A stretch of DNA of 64,000 nt from Synechococcus sp. (GTDB lineage: Bacteria > Cyanobacteriota > Cyanobacteriia > Thermostichales > PCC-7336): contig JBFRWN010000075.1 in assembly GCA_051439605.1 (NCBI GenBank), positions 32,001 through 96,000 on the forward strand, given 5' to 3'. A program made the translations under genes and the position numbers. Of this stretch, positions 46,573 to 57,373 are shown piece after piece; the first letter of the stretch is position 1; every line of letters starts with the position of its first letter. Below the pieces are notes generated by a model, which saw nothing but the letters and a program-made list of their open reading frames with translations, was not told the origin of the DNA and ran no database searches.

Positions 46573-47103
46573 AATGTGAATTCCTCGAAAACAAAGCCTG
46601 AGTATCGCTTTGCCAACACCATAACAGATGTAGATCGACTATTTTTTAGGTCAATTTACCAGCCTTAGAACCAACTATTGAAGTCCTTTTGAGCAACTAT
46701 TCCCGATCGTTTAATCGTCTTTGTCTATAAGCATAGGCTAAAAATCTTTTCCAAATATCCTAAATGGCTACCAATCAAAAATCCCTATTGTCAGACCGGT
46801 CACACCGACGTCTTCAAAGCGACAGAAGGAATCGTCATACCGACAGAGGCAAGTAGCGCAAGCCTGGAAAAATTTTACACGCTGCAATAGTATTTTATTA
46901 AGCCATACCCAGGCCAAGGGCATAGTATCTGCTGGTATAGCAGCGTTTCACCCTGTTTGGCCCCAGTCACATCTGGCTGCAGACTGCATGATGAGTAAAG
47001 GCGACTCTCTTTGTAACTTCAAAAATCCCTATCCTTTAAGGAATTCAGCTCAAGCTCAGCGCAAAAGTTGTTCCAACTCAGACACCTATAGAGATTCAAC
47101 ACA

Positions 47104-47982
47104 ATGCAATTCTTGATTATTGGCGGAACAGAGAAAGCCGGTACAACATCTCTTTTTAATTACCTCAGCCAACATCCCCAATTATTGGGCTCTGTCAAGA
47201 AAGAAACGGATTACTTCCGCCAACAAGGTTCGCTGTCTCTTGAGGATTATCTGAAGGAATTCCCGGTGCACTCAGGCGATCGTATTTTGTTGGAAGCCAG
47301 CCCAGGTTATCTGTCCCGAGCCGAGCAAGTGGCAGGTCAGCTTGCAGAGGTTCTGAAAAACGAATCTGTCAAACTCATCTTTATCTTGCGAGATCCAGCC
47401 GAACGGCTAGTCTCAAACTTCCGATTCCACAAAACTAAGGGCAATCTGCCCGACGATCTGTCCATTCAGGACTTTTTAGACGCGAATATTACATTTACAA
47501 AGACTGGGGAAATGACCCTGCCCGCTGTGAAGGGAGATTGGTTTTACCAGAGTTTCGAACAGGGATTTTATGACAGGCTTTTAGCAAATTTTTACGACGT
47601 TATGCCCGAAGGCAGCATTGCAATCTACGATTTTGAAGACTTTAAAACCGCTCCCAGCCAAGTGGTTCAGGATATCTGCAAGCAAATTGGTGTGGATGCG
47701 TCGTTCTACGATGATTTCGATTTTTTCGTTTTCAACCGCACCATCAAGCCCAAATCCCGCTGGCTACATCTGATCGGAGACAAAGTCAATTCTCTTCTAG
47801 AGCCATTCTTCAACCGCTTTCCCCAAGTGAAGCAGACAGTCAAAAACATCTACTGTGCCATTAACGAGCAGAATTCATCGGATGATGGTGAAAAACAGGC
47901 AGAAGTCGAAGCGGCTAAGCGGTCCTTCAAGCAGTACGTGTCCGTAGACTACAAGAACAAGTTCGTGCAGTTGGGCCGCTAG
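47104..47982 (+). CDS. PAPS-dependent sulfotransferase
   Basis: 5'-PSB loop IIGGTEKAGTTSL, KETDYF, EASPGY, 3'-PB LRDPAERLVS. Confidence 0.9.
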   Translation: MQFLIIGGTEKAGTTSLFNYLSQHPQLLGSVKKETDYFRQQGSLSLEDYLKEFPVHSGDRILLEASPGYLSRAEQVAGQLAEVLKNESVKLIFILRDPAERLVSNFRFHKTKGNLPDDLSIQDFLDANITFTKTGEMTLPAVKGDWFYQSFEQGFYDRLLANFYDVMPEGSIAIYDFEDFKTAPSQVVQDICKQIGVDASFYDDFDFFVFNRTIKPKSRWLHLIGDKVNSLLEPFFNRFPQVKQTVKNIYCAINEQNSSDDGEKQAEVEAAKRSFKQYVSVDYKNKFVQLGR

Positions 47983-48057
47983 CTTAAATGACAGTTGCTA
48001 GGTCTTGATTTTAGTTTTCTGTTGGCTGGCCTGCGAATCTGTTTGCACTCCAGCCAA

Positions 48058-48567
48058 TCAATCCGGCAGTCTACTCATACCCCCATGAACTTTAGCCAGA
48101 TAATCCGCTAAATTTGGCCCAGGGAACAGTTGGCCAGTAAAAACTGGAGGTGGATTTTCAACGTTCTTCTTCAGGTCTTCAAAGGTGAGGCAGTTGATGA
48201 CTCCGAATTGCTCCACCGTTTGGGCAAACAGAAGCTGATGATCGTCCACATGCTCCCCATATTCCACCAGACGAGACGCAATCACGAAGCGAACATTGGA
48301 CTTAGATAGCTTGAAGGTTGACCCTTGACCTGCATGAGAAATAATTAGGTCGGCGTCCACAATCAATCTCTGAAAATCTTGGGGTAGCACGGTAAACGCA
48401 GTCTGAATCCAATCGTGCTTAGAGATCGCCTCTGGCAATTCAGTGTGCCCGTGCTGAATAAACAGACCCCCTCGTTCGGTGATGAATTGTTGCTCGACTA
48501 ACATCCCTATCCAATCTAATAGTCTTGGATAAGGGTAGGGACATGTTCCTAGGGTGACGAATATCAT
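48058..48567 (-). CDS. pssE: PssE/CpsG-like glycosyltransferase (GT28 C-terminal, Alg13-like)
   Basis: MIFVTLGT, ISHAGQGS, GEHVDDHQ. Confidence 0.85.
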   Translation of the reverse strand: MIFVTLGTCPYPYPRLLDWIGMLVEQQFITERGGLFIQHGHTELPEAISKHDWIQTAFTVLPQDFQRLIVDADLIISHAGQGSTFKLSKSNVRFVIASRLVEYGEHVDDHQLLFAQTVEQFGVINCLTFEDLKKNVENPPPVFTGQLFPGPNLADYLAKVHGGMSRLPD

Positions 48568-48740
48568 GAATTACCCTTAATCTAACGGTCTCTTTGCGGA
48601 AAAATGCATTCCAAAAACTTCAATCATTTTTACGTATGTGACCCCACAAAACATCAAACCTGACAATACTAAATACACGCTACATTGGTGGGTACTTTGG
48701 CTCAAGACCTATCTTAATCACCTATTTCACATGGCCGTTT

Positions 48741-49193
48741 CTAGATCACATATCCTTCAAATCGAACCCTAGAATACTTTTTGCACAGCCCGGGATTTTG
48801 GACGTAGAACTCATCTGCGAGGTAGTAGACAACCTTACCGCTCAGACTAATGTCCTTGCTGCGGGAAATGCTTTCAACATAAATGAATTTCGCCCCAATC
48901 AGCTTGGCCATCAAGGCAAATCCAATCGCCAAACTCGCACCGGTCGAAACTACCATGTCTGGCCTTTCCTGCCAAACAATCTTAAAGACTTGAGGCAAGT
49001 TTTTAATTAGGGCTATCCAGTCTCTCGGGGCTTGATAAGGCAACCAATACACCCGCTCGCGATCGCGATTCAACTGTTCGGTATCGCTCTTGAAATCGCT
49101 CACCCACACCCTTTCGTGCTTCAACCAAAACCGTTTCAATCGGTACATTGTCGAAAAGTGACCTCCTGAGGTACAAGCGAGAAGCAATTTCAT
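48741..49193 (-). CDS. pssD: PssD/CpsF-like (Alg14-like) glycosyltransferase subunit
   Basis: CTSGGH, PDMVVSTGA, YVESISR, SLSGK; GGAG RBS before ATG at 49193. Confidence 0.85.
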   Translation of the reverse strand: MKLLLACTSGGHFSTMYRLKRFWLKHERVWVSDFKSDTEQLNRDRERVYWLPYQAPRDWIALIKNLPQVFKIVWQERPDMVVSTGASLAIGFALMAKLIGAKFIYVESISRSKDISLSGKVVYYLADEFYVQNPGLCKKYSRVRFEGYVI

Positions 49194-49498
49194 CAACAGT
49201 CTCCATAGGTTGCGGAAACGAGGGGGGACACAAAAGGGCAAAGAATAATATATCGCGGCAAGGTAATAATAAGATTCTAGAAATACTGTCTCGCAAAGAT
49301 ACACGAGCGTGAGATCTGTAGTTCACCTACGGGACGCTAGCCTCCCTGCTCAGTTTAGACAGCGCTCCTAAAGCTTGCCCATTCAGGGAATCCATGCCGA
49401 CTTGTGGCGGAGGAATTGATACAGAAATATCCGTCTAGTCCCCTCACTCAATATCGATTATGCAGTCCTGTCTGAACTGGCAACCGTTACAACTTGCT

Positions 49499-50920
49499 TT
49501 ACTCAACTGCAAGCGGTGTTCCAGTTGCATTGTTGATATCAAACTGGCCGTTTTGGGCCAAGGTGTTGCCCCGCAAACTCGGAGCTGATTCTCCAATCGC
49601 CACGATGCCACCTTGTTGATTGCGGGAGATCGTATTCTCTTTCAAAATAGGTCGAGCAGTTCCAGTCACCAAGATGCCACTGCGATTGTCAACAATGGTG
49701 TTCCGCACAACGAACGGAGTTGCAGACTCGCTGACTGACACTCCATATCCGCTATCACTGACGGTATTGCCTTCAAAAATACCGCTGCTATCGCGGGTGA
49801 AAGATACACCGTTGCCACCGTTATCCACGAATAAATTGGCTCGTATTGTGGGTGAGGCGGTCCCGGAGGCAAATATGCCTTCGCGGGCGTTAGCGGTGAA
49901 AGTGTTATTGGAAATCGTCGCAGTCCCTGACTCCACCCAAATAGCTGTTCCACGATCGTGAACGTTGCTGAGGGTAACCCCCGAAATTCGAGCTCGATCG
50001 CCGGCCACCAACGTGACATTCTGCTCCGCCCAAAAGTGGGTAAGGTACTTCCCCCCTCCCGCGATCGTAATATTGCTGCCGCGCCTCAGTTCATCCCCCA
50101 CCAAAGAGATATCTTTCCCCACCAAAATAGGGAACTGTTCTCCCGAGACTTCGTCGTAGGTGCCCTCGCTCAGGCGTACGGTATCGCCTGGGCGGGCAGC
50201 AGCCATGGCTCGCGAGATCGTGCGGTAAGGCTGGTCTAACGTACCGAGGTTACTGTCAGACCCGCTTTCCGGATTAACATGCAAAATTGTTGGACTGGGT
50301 GAGGGGGCGACTCGATCGGAGGCGTTACTCATATCGGCACTGTCGGAGTTTGTGGCGTTAGACTCCGTAATGCCCATGCGGACCTGCAGCACGCGACCCA
50401 AACTGTGGGAAGCTTCTAAGTTCTCTCCTTTGCGAAACGCATTTGAAGCTCGTCGGTAGGTGCGCTGGTTGGCGGTCAAATCTCCTGCTTCGCATTGCAG
50501 AAAATAATCGACGGTACGTACCAAGAGGGGATCGTCATTTGTTTCTAGGCGATCGCGGCGGGCTTCAATCATCTCTGGGGTAGGGCGTGCAGGCAAAGCT
50601 GGCCACCAAATCCCATCCCCATCGGGACCAGATACGGCATTGAGGGGTTCTTCCCCGTTGATATTGATTAACTGGTTGCCAGCAAAAAATTCGAAGCGAT
50701 CGGTAATACGGTTGTTGCTGCTAGTTTTATTGCGTTCGTAGTCCACCCGCCAGCGATAGTTGGCCCTAGCGATCGCGGCATCGCAGTGGGTCGTGGCAAT
50801 TGGCTCGTTGCCAGTACCGCAGCTAGTGAATAGCAGAATCAAGGCAGATGAAGCCAATCTCGCTAGCCGCATCGGCTTGAGTTTCCTGGATCGATTCGCG
50901 ACCCCCAACCCAGTTCTCAT
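49499..50920 (-). CDS. Lipoprotein with C-terminal DUF1565/parallel beta-helix domain
   Basis: LFTSC lipobox; LHVNPESGSDSNLGTLDQPYRTI; repeated IxxNxxxxNxxxG beta-helix coils. Confidence 0.82.
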   Translation of the reverse strand: MRTGLGVANRSRKLKPMRLARLASSALILLFTSCGTGNEPIATTHCDAAIARANYRWRVDYERNKTSSNNRITDRFEFFAGNQLININGEEPLNAVSGPDGDGIWWPALPARPTPEMIEARRDRLETNDDPLLVRTVDYFLQCEAGDLTANQRTYRRASNAFRKGENLEASHSLGRVLQVRMGITESNATNSDSADMSNASDRVAPSPSPTILHVNPESGSDSNLGTLDQPYRTISRAMAAARPGDTVRLSEGTYDEVSGEQFPILVGKDISLVGDELRRGSNITIAGGGKYLTHFWAEQNVTLVAGDRARISGVTLSNVHDRGTAIWVESGTATISNNTFTANAREGIFASGTASPTIRANLFVDNGGNGVSFTRDSSGIFEGNTVSDSGYGVSVSESATPFVVRNTIVDNRSGILVTGTARPILKENTISRNQQGGIVAIGESAPSLRGNTLAQNGQFDINNATGTPLAVE

Positions 50921-51244
50921 GCCTCAAACTCCATAGCGAATTCTCCATTTCCTTTAGTGTCGGTTATTGCTCGGAGAGGGGGGAACGAACTTGTAGCACA
51001 CTTGCCTGCTAACAGCCGCAAGTCCTGTTGTCCTATCCGGCTGTCAGCAACATCCGATCCTGCGTGGTTTTCCGTAGATCTTCATTGGCAAGTCTGGGGC
51101 ATGCTCAAGCAAATCAACATCTCGAAAAACTCGAAAAACTTGCGAGTTGTTGCGAGTTGTCACACCCAGTGTCTCCACCGATACCAACAGCTAGGATCGA
51201 ATTAGAGTAGAAATGTTAAAACTTCCTTAAGGCGAGGAGGAACG

Positions 51245-51454
51245 ATGACCCCTTCTACAATTCGCCAATTCTGGAGAACGATTGACGGCCTAGACTGGTC
51301 TGGGTTACCCCGTCAAAACGACGATGAGCTTCTCCCCATCCTGCTGGCTGCGTGCAATCAGCATCCCGTCTTTTCTCAGATTGAGAGGCAGGCACTGGTT
51401 TCTTACATTTCAAGGCGGATGCCCCTAATCCGCGAAATCGCCACCTGCGGATAG
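51245..51454 (+). CDS. Small conserved-type cyanobacterial protein (69 aa)
   Basis: Strong GAGGAGG RBS; MTPSTIRQFW...YISRRMPLIREIA. Confidence 0.75.
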   Translation: MTPSTIRQFWRTIDGLDWSGLPRQNDDELLPILLAACNQHPVFSQIERQALVSYISRRMPLIREIATCG

Positions 51455-51532
51455 CGAGCCCCTTACTTCTGAAATTGGTGGGGGGTAGTCGACATGCCCC
51501 AGTCATTGGATTGCGCTATTGCTTTATTCTCT

Positions 51533-53119
51533 TCAGCCATCGACAGAGAGAGGGGGTTGGCCGATGGTTGTGATGTATAGCACTGCCTCGTTTTGAGGGA
51601 TGCCAAGCACTTCATTGACCAAGTTATCGAAGAATCCGGCAATTCCACTGACCCCCAGCTGCAAGCGAACCGCCGCCAGGTTTAACTTTTGCCCCAAATG
51701 CCCTGCATCCATATGGAGATAGCGGTAGCCCCGATCGCCAAAGCGCTCGATCGCCTGCCGTAAATCAGCTGTGTGTACAATCGCCACTGCTGCATCTCGG
51801 CCCAGGTTTTGCCCTAAACACAAATAATGCAGATCCTGACGAAAGGATTTAAATCGGATTTGCCGCAGTTCTTGAGCATGGGGCGCATAGTAATAACAAC
51901 CATCATCGAGACCGTCAACCCCATTGGCCACTACAAATGTTTCGATTAGTGACAGGTCGAAAAAGTCAGGCTGGGGATCGAATCCTTGAGGACGGTAATG
52001 CTCTGCATGGTAGGCAAAATTCAATAGCTGCCGCAGTGCATCAACCGGGATATTCCCCCCTGTAAATTGACGGGTGGAGCGACGGCGCAAGAAAGTGTTC
52101 GCAAGCGGCTGCAGCATATGGCCCCAGGAGATGGGAGAAATTTGCATGCCAATGCGATCGCAAAACGGGAAATTGTACTTATCTTCAGCTGCTGGTAGCT
52201 CGGTAGCTGACTCCGGGAATGGAGGAAGCTCTGTCCAAAATCGGCTTGCCGTTAAGCTCTCACCAGAAGAAGTCGGGCTCTGAGGATGGCTGGCGGAAAT
52301 ACGGGTGTGCTGGTGCAAATAGCTCAGCCATTCTCCCCGCTGTACCGCTTCAGTGGGGGAATCAAATTCTCCAGCGAATAACTCCCGTTCAAGGCGATAT
52401 CGTTTGACTGAGGGTTGTTCGAGCAAATCCTGCAGGGGCAAAATCGCTAACGGTCCCTCTTCGCGATCGTCTAGTGAGAGTAATCGTTCGATCTCATCAT
52501 CCCGAAACTCGCCGATTGAAGCGGCCCGAAATCCGGTCATATTCGCCGCCAGCTCAATATTTCCTAGCAGATGGCCACTGTCCAGGCACAGTCGTCGATA
52601 GGCCCGATCTTCGTATCGCCAAGCAGAACGAAAGAAGACTGCCGTCACGACCAAAACAACACTGGAGGTTTCAAATTGAGGATGCTGAAAGCAAGCAGAG
52701 GCTAAATCCTCCCAATGGCATTCATCCCAAAACTTGAGCAGAGAATGGTCGATTGCCTGAAAATTATAGACCCCCGCTGCAAGTTCCTCGCGCCCTCGCG
52801 AGAGCACGTACAGTTCGGCAGGGTACAGCCCTCCAGCAGAAGGAGCAGTGCGAAAGTATACAGGGCGATCGCTTGGCATTACAGCGGTAACGCCATAGCT
52901 GAGCTGCAGCAACCGAGATAGGCGCTGTAAAAAGCGATTGCTGGCTTCAGACTCAGCCTTCTTCAGGGTGAGGTGGGGCTTGAGCTCTAGTCGATGGCCA
53001 ATTGGATACGTTTTATAGGGCTGAGGCTGCTGCGACCAATCCAATTGACGACCTTGGGTGGCAATTGTCTCTGGGTCATATTTTGTAAATTCGTGGTAAG
53101 CAGGGCTAACAAAGGGCAC
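51533..53119 (-). CDS. SagB/ThcOx-family FMN-dependent dehydrogenase (double nitroreductase domain)
   Basis: YHEFTKY, RTAPSAGGLYPAELY, WRYEDRAYR, RRRSTR, YRYLHMDAGHLGQ. Confidence 0.88.
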   Translation of the reverse strand: MPFVSPAYHEFTKYDPETIATQGRQLDWSQQPQPYKTYPIGHRLELKPHLTLKKAESEASNRFLQRLSRLLQLSYGVTAVMPSDRPVYFRTAPSAGGLYPAELYVLSRGREELAAGVYNFQAIDHSLLKFWDECHWEDLASACFQHPQFETSSVVLVVTAVFFRSAWRYEDRAYRRLCLDSGHLLGNIELAANMTGFRAASIGEFRDDEIERLLSLDDREEGPLAILPLQDLLEQPSVKRYRLERELFAGEFDSPTEAVQRGEWLSYLHQHTRISASHPQSPTSSGESLTASRFWTELPPFPESATELPAAEDKYNFPFCDRIGMQISPISWGHMLQPLANTFLRRRSTRQFTGGNIPVDALRQLLNFAYHAEHYRPQGFDPQPDFFDLSLIETFVVANGVDGLDDGCYYYAPHAQELRQIRFKSFRQDLHYLCLGQNLGRDAAVAIVHTADLRQAIERFGDRGYRYLHMDAGHLGQKLNLAAVRLQLGVSGIAGFFDNLVNEVLGIPQNEAVLYITTIGQPPLSVDG

Positions 53120-53689
53120 AGCTAAAAAGAGCCAATTTGACTTTATCGAGGGCAGTCTTCAATTGTGAATCACCCTCAGCGTCTGTCAACCCATGAGTAG
53201 TCCAAAGACTGTATCCAGTCGATGGCCACAATCCCTTCGCCCTAACCAGAATCTTTCCACTCGGGAATCCAAACGGGTAGCGTTGCAGAGGGCGGTTTAA
53301 ACGGAGCCAGTCATGATTACTCTTGAGATTTCAGACAGTTATCCCAAAAAACTTACGACCAAAGTTCATCTGAGCTACGGCATATTCACGAGACACGCTA
53401 ACAAGCTGTTCCTCGCGAATCATGTTGATGGTCTAGTAGCCCCAGATAGTTTGTGGAGCATTCAGCAGACAAATTGACGACCTAGAAGATTTGGCCGGGA
53501 CTGCCCTTCTTCTTCAGAGAAGTCGTCATGAATCGTTCTAGCCAATCAACCTAGAGTGCGCTCGGCCGTCAGGTGAATCTTCGGATTGATAGCGGTAAGT
53601 CGTATGGCGTGTAACGGAGATGTCCTGAGCGAATTGACAGTCACGAAATAAGATCGATCAAATTCTTTACAAATCAGGTTTCGTTCACT

Positions 53690-54064
53690 CTATTCCTCTT
53701 CTAGACGTACAAGCCTGATGTTATGATTTTTGAGCTTAATTTCAAACTCATCTCCTGGTTCTAGGCCCATCTCCTTGGTATAGGCAGCACCAATCAAAAT
53801 ATTGCCATTCTTATGCACTGAGACACGATAGGTAGGAGTTCTCCCACTAGCCCCGCCAGTCTGATTGGCATCGAGATCGACATCTTTAGCCGCAAGAATA
53901 GCATTATAGAACTGCATCAAGTTGACCCGTTCTTGACCAGTTTTGGTCAACGTTACATAACCACATGCCTTGGCTATTTGCTTTTTAGCCGCCCCCTCCA
54001 TAGAGTCTAATTTTGCAAGTAATGCCTTGCCAGTTAATAGTTTTGCCTGCTTCTTTGCTGGCAT
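53690..54064 (-). CDS. Cyanobacterial AbrB-like transcriptional regulator (cyAbrB)
   Basis: LTGKALL, AKACGY, RVSVHKNGNILIGAAYT, PGDEFEIKL; ATG at 54064. Confidence 0.92.
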   Translation of the reverse strand: MPAKKQAKLLTGKALLAKLDSMEGAAKKQIAKACGYVTLTKTGQERVNLMQFYNAILAAKDVDLDANQTGGASGRTPTYRVSVHKNGNILIGAAYTKEMGLEPGDEFEIKLKNHNIRLVRLEEE

Positions 54065-54358
54065 CTTCAATACTCTCCAACGACGAAAACGTACAATTAG
54101 TTTATCTAAACAAAATACTCGCTTGCAAGCTTTATTTTTGGAAAAGATGATAGCTGCTGCAGTCATGTCTTGGGCTTGCTTTCAACCTTTACGAGGTTAG
54201 ATTCAGAGAGTTTAGCAATACCAGTATCGTCATCCCATGAGTTTTCCATCGCCACTGTAACCTGAGAGAAATTTTGACGAAGCTTTCCCATTTCTAATGA
54301 TTGAAAATGCTCAAAAGCATTGCCCTACGGTGAAAATGCCAGCTGCGATCGTTCAAAG

Positions 54359-55783
54359 CTAAGCAAGATTTTGCATGAGGTCGTCTAGCTCTTCATAAGG
54401 GGGTAAGGCTGTGTCGATTGCTTTCCCATTGCGCAAAACAACCCGATCGCCTTGATGGCGGGCCAATAATTCGCTGTAGTTGCGCCCTCGAAACAGCACT
54501 AGGTTGGCAGGATCCCCCTCCGCGATCGCTCCGCAGTTCTGTAACTTCATCAACTGTGCCGGAGTTTCCGTCACAACTGCAGGCCAATCTCCGTAGGGCA
54601 TGTCTAGATGCGCCACCTTTACTGCCCAGCCAAACACATCCATCATGTCGTGGTCCCCAAACGCGTGAAACGGATCGCGACAGTTATCGCTGGCTACTGC
54701 GACAGGGACACCTGCAGCTCTTAACTCGTGTAGTAGGGTAACCCCTCGCCAGCGGGGGGTGGTGCCATTAGGTAACTCCAAAGGGGAGGATTGGCTAGCA
54801 GCTGCGGGTAATAGCGAACTGGATGCTGCCTGTTGGCGATCCTGCAAGTACAGATTGCATTGAGGTAAGCTGACTACCCCAATCCCAGCATCCGATACTA
54901 ACTTCAAGGTTTCGCTTACCGTTGCAGGGGGCTGTACTCCCAGACTGCAGCAGTGGCCGCAGACCACTCTTGATTCGTATCCATGCTTGAGGGTAGCGCG
55001 GGCCACTGCCTGCAGCGTCAGGTCGTTTGGATTGCCACTTTCATCGACATGCAGGTCAATGTCTAAGTTCCGGTTATTGGCCAACTCGAACAGGCGATCG
55101 CAGGCTGCCTCCAAGTTCGATCCCATCAGCGGTACACCCCCCATAACTCCCCCTGATTCAGCAATCAAATCCGCCAGAGCTTCCCCCTCTGCTGTCAGAT
55201 ACAGCTCTAGCGGATGAATTGAAACCGCCTGTAATTCTATTCGCCCCTGCCATTCCTGCCGCAGTTGGCGGAAGACCCCCCAGCTTGTATCTGACTGTTC
55301 CTGAAACGAATCGAGATGGGTGCGAACGGCACAGGTTCCGTGGGCATAGCTGCACTTGAGGCCAAATTCCATCCGCCGATACAGATCTTCCGCATGCCAA
55401 TGGCGAACGCGATCGGCACGGGCGCGATCGAGGGCAGTTTCAAACGTGCCATCTGGGTTGGGGGTACGAGGTAAGATGTGCCCTTTATCGAGATGGGTAT
55501 GAATATCCGCAAAGCAAGGCCACACCTGTCCTCCTCGCAGATCGACCACTGGACTATCGCCCTCGGGGTGGTGAGATTGCTTAGTCGCATCTAAGCGATG
55601 GGCCTGCACCGCTGCAATACATCCATCGGCTATCTTGAGATCGACCAGTGCCAAACCTTGGGGCGTTTTCTCAAGAGATTGGAGATCCCCATTTACAAGA
55701 TTTGGACTTGCAAGCAATGTTGCAGGAACTCTGGCCCGCTGCAACCAAAACGATGCTGTGTCGGGAATTTCAATCCAACCCAT
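54359..55783 (-). CDS. codA: Cytosine deaminase-like amidohydrolase
   Basis: DIHTHLDKGH, DLHVDES, GHCCSL, TPRWRG, ASDNCRDPF. Confidence 0.88.
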   Translation of the reverse strand: MGWIEIPDTASFWLQRARVPATLLASPNLVNGDLQSLEKTPQGLALVDLKIADGCIAAVQAHRLDATKQSHHPEGDSPVVDLRGGQVWPCFADIHTHLDKGHILPRTPNPDGTFETALDRARADRVRHWHAEDLYRRMEFGLKCSYAHGTCAVRTHLDSFQEQSDTSWGVFRQLRQEWQGRIELQAVSIHPLELYLTAEGEALADLIAESGGVMGGVPLMGSNLEAACDRLFELANNRNLDIDLHVDESGNPNDLTLQAVARATLKHGYESRVVCGHCCSLGVQPPATVSETLKLVSDAGIGVVSLPQCNLYLQDRQQAASSSLLPAAASQSSPLELPNGTTPRWRGVTLLHELRAAGVPVAVASDNCRDPFHAFGDHDMMDVFGWAVKVAHLDMPYGDWPAVVTETPAQLMKLQNCGAIAEGDPANLVLFRGRNYSELLARHQGDRVVLRNGKAIDTALPPYEELDDLMQNLA

Positions 55784-55963
55784 TGGTCTGCTTTCCTAGG
55801 AATCTAAAATTCATACCGATCCCGGCTGGCAATCCGCAGACTGATGGCTAGGATATGGCCTATTCACTGTTGTTAGTTAACTCAATTCCATCAAGTTGAG
55901 CTGGGCCTTACCCTGAATGAGTCAGGTGCTAATTCCGGTGAAAACAGCCTTGGAGTAAAGGGC

Positions 55964-57373
55964 ATGAGCTATCAATATCATCGCAAGCGCAGCAGTGCGA
56001 TTGTCGTTGTCCGCCTGCTGGTCACGGGGTTGCTACTGTTCTGCGTGCCAGTTGCTCTGGAGGTGTTTGCCCGCCTCCTGGCACATTCAACTGGATTAGC
56101 TGAAGTGCTAGAGACAAATGAGCCCGTTCAATCGGCAATTGAGGAAGCATACCGATTACAACTCGGGCATTCCAATTCAACTACTGCTGGCGACATTAAT
56201 CTCACTAGCCCCAGGGAGAAAGAAAACCATTTGATAGCGGTCCCCAGTTCGTTTATGGGCTTTACCCTCCAGCCTTCGCAACAAAGCGAATATTGGGCCA
56301 TTAATAGCAGCGGGTTTCGAGATGACGACGATCTCCCCATAAACAAACCCAGAGGGGAAATTCGCATTGCGATCGTTGGTGGCTCAGTTGCCTTTGGGCA
56401 GCTCAGTAGCAACAACAGCAGCACTATCGCCGAACAGCTAGAGACACAACTTAACGCTAGGGTCTCCGATCAGCTGGATAACCCCGATCGCTATCAACCA
56501 GATATGCTACCGTTTTTTGCCGATCGCGTCTCCGCTGTACTGTCCTTGCCTCAACGCATTAGAGAGGGCAATTACCGCGCAATCAATGCAGGGGTTCCCG
56601 GCTATGCTTCCGGCAACGATTTGGCTCGTCTGACTCAGCAGGTAGCCGCCTACGATCCCGAGATCCTCTTGGTCTTAAATGGTTTCGACGATCTGTTCCT
56701 GCCCAGCGATCGCTTGGGTCTCGACGCTGCCCAAATCGGCGGTTCCGAGAGTCCGGCAGGACAAGGTTTTCTGAGCGCAATAAGAGAGGCGGCCATCAAC
56801 TGGTTTGGCAATCTCATGTTGGTGCGAGGATTTCAATATTACGTCCTCGACCCAGTCGCAGAAACCCCGGCAAACCCAGCTCCTCAGCCCCTTAATTTGC
56901 TGGTTCCCAAGCAACAATGGGCCCAAGGCATACCCAAAGAAGACGCTGAATGGCAACAACGGTTGGATCGATATCGTCGAAATTTACTACAGATGGTCAG
57001 ATTCAGTGCTGGCGCCGAGCGGAAGGTCCTGTTGGCTGTAGCGCCAGACATTACGGTGCGGGATGGCGATGACATTTCCCCTCCAGAAGCAGCCATCCTG
57101 GAGGAAGTGGGGCAGTCTTATCAACAGCAGATGTCCCAAGCCTTCCCAAGATTGGCTGAGATCGCTCGACAAGTGGCAGCACAATCGGAGTATGCAGAAG
57201 CGATCGACGTTTCTAAGGCTCTCAGCACGGCTGAAGGACAAATATTTCAGACCAGTACCGACTTTACCGATCGGGGCCGCGCCCAGCTAGCATCCTTGCT
57301 TTACGAACATATTTCGACCCAACTCGTGGTGTTGCCCGCCCCATTCGACCCGAGCCGTTCCGATGCTCAATAG
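55964..57373 (+). CDS. SGNH/GDSL hydrolase-like membrane-anchored protein
   Basis: INSSGFR, IAIVGGSVAFG, INAGVPGY, LNGFDD; N-terminal TM. Confidence 0.75.
   Translation: MSYQYHRKRSSAIVVVRLLVTGLLLFCVPVALEVFARLLAHSTGLAEVLETNEPVQSAIEEAYRLQLGHSNSTTAGDINLTSPREKENHLIAVPSSFMGFTLQPSQQSEYWAINSSGFRDDDDLPINKPRGEIRIAIVGGSVAFGQLSSNNSSTIAEQLETQLNARVSDQLDNPDRYQPDMLPFFADRVSAVLSLPQRIREGNYRAINAGVPGYASGNDLARLTQQVAAYDPEILLVLNGFDDLFLPSDRLGLDAAQIGGSESPAGQGFLSAIREAAINWFGNLMLVRGFQYYVLDPVAETPANPAPQPLNLLVPKQQWAQGIPKEDAEWQQRLDRYRRNLLQMVRFSAGAERKVLLAVAPDITVRDGDDISPPEAAILEEVGQSYQQQMSQAFPRLAEIARQVAAQSEYAEAIDVSKALSTAEGQIFQTSTDFTDRGRAQLASLLYEHISTQLVVLPAPFDPSRSDAQ

Noticed and set aside
51533..53119. SagB-type gene as a RiPP (azole) cluster
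   Set aside because: No YcaO cyclodehydratase, precursor peptide or transporter nearby
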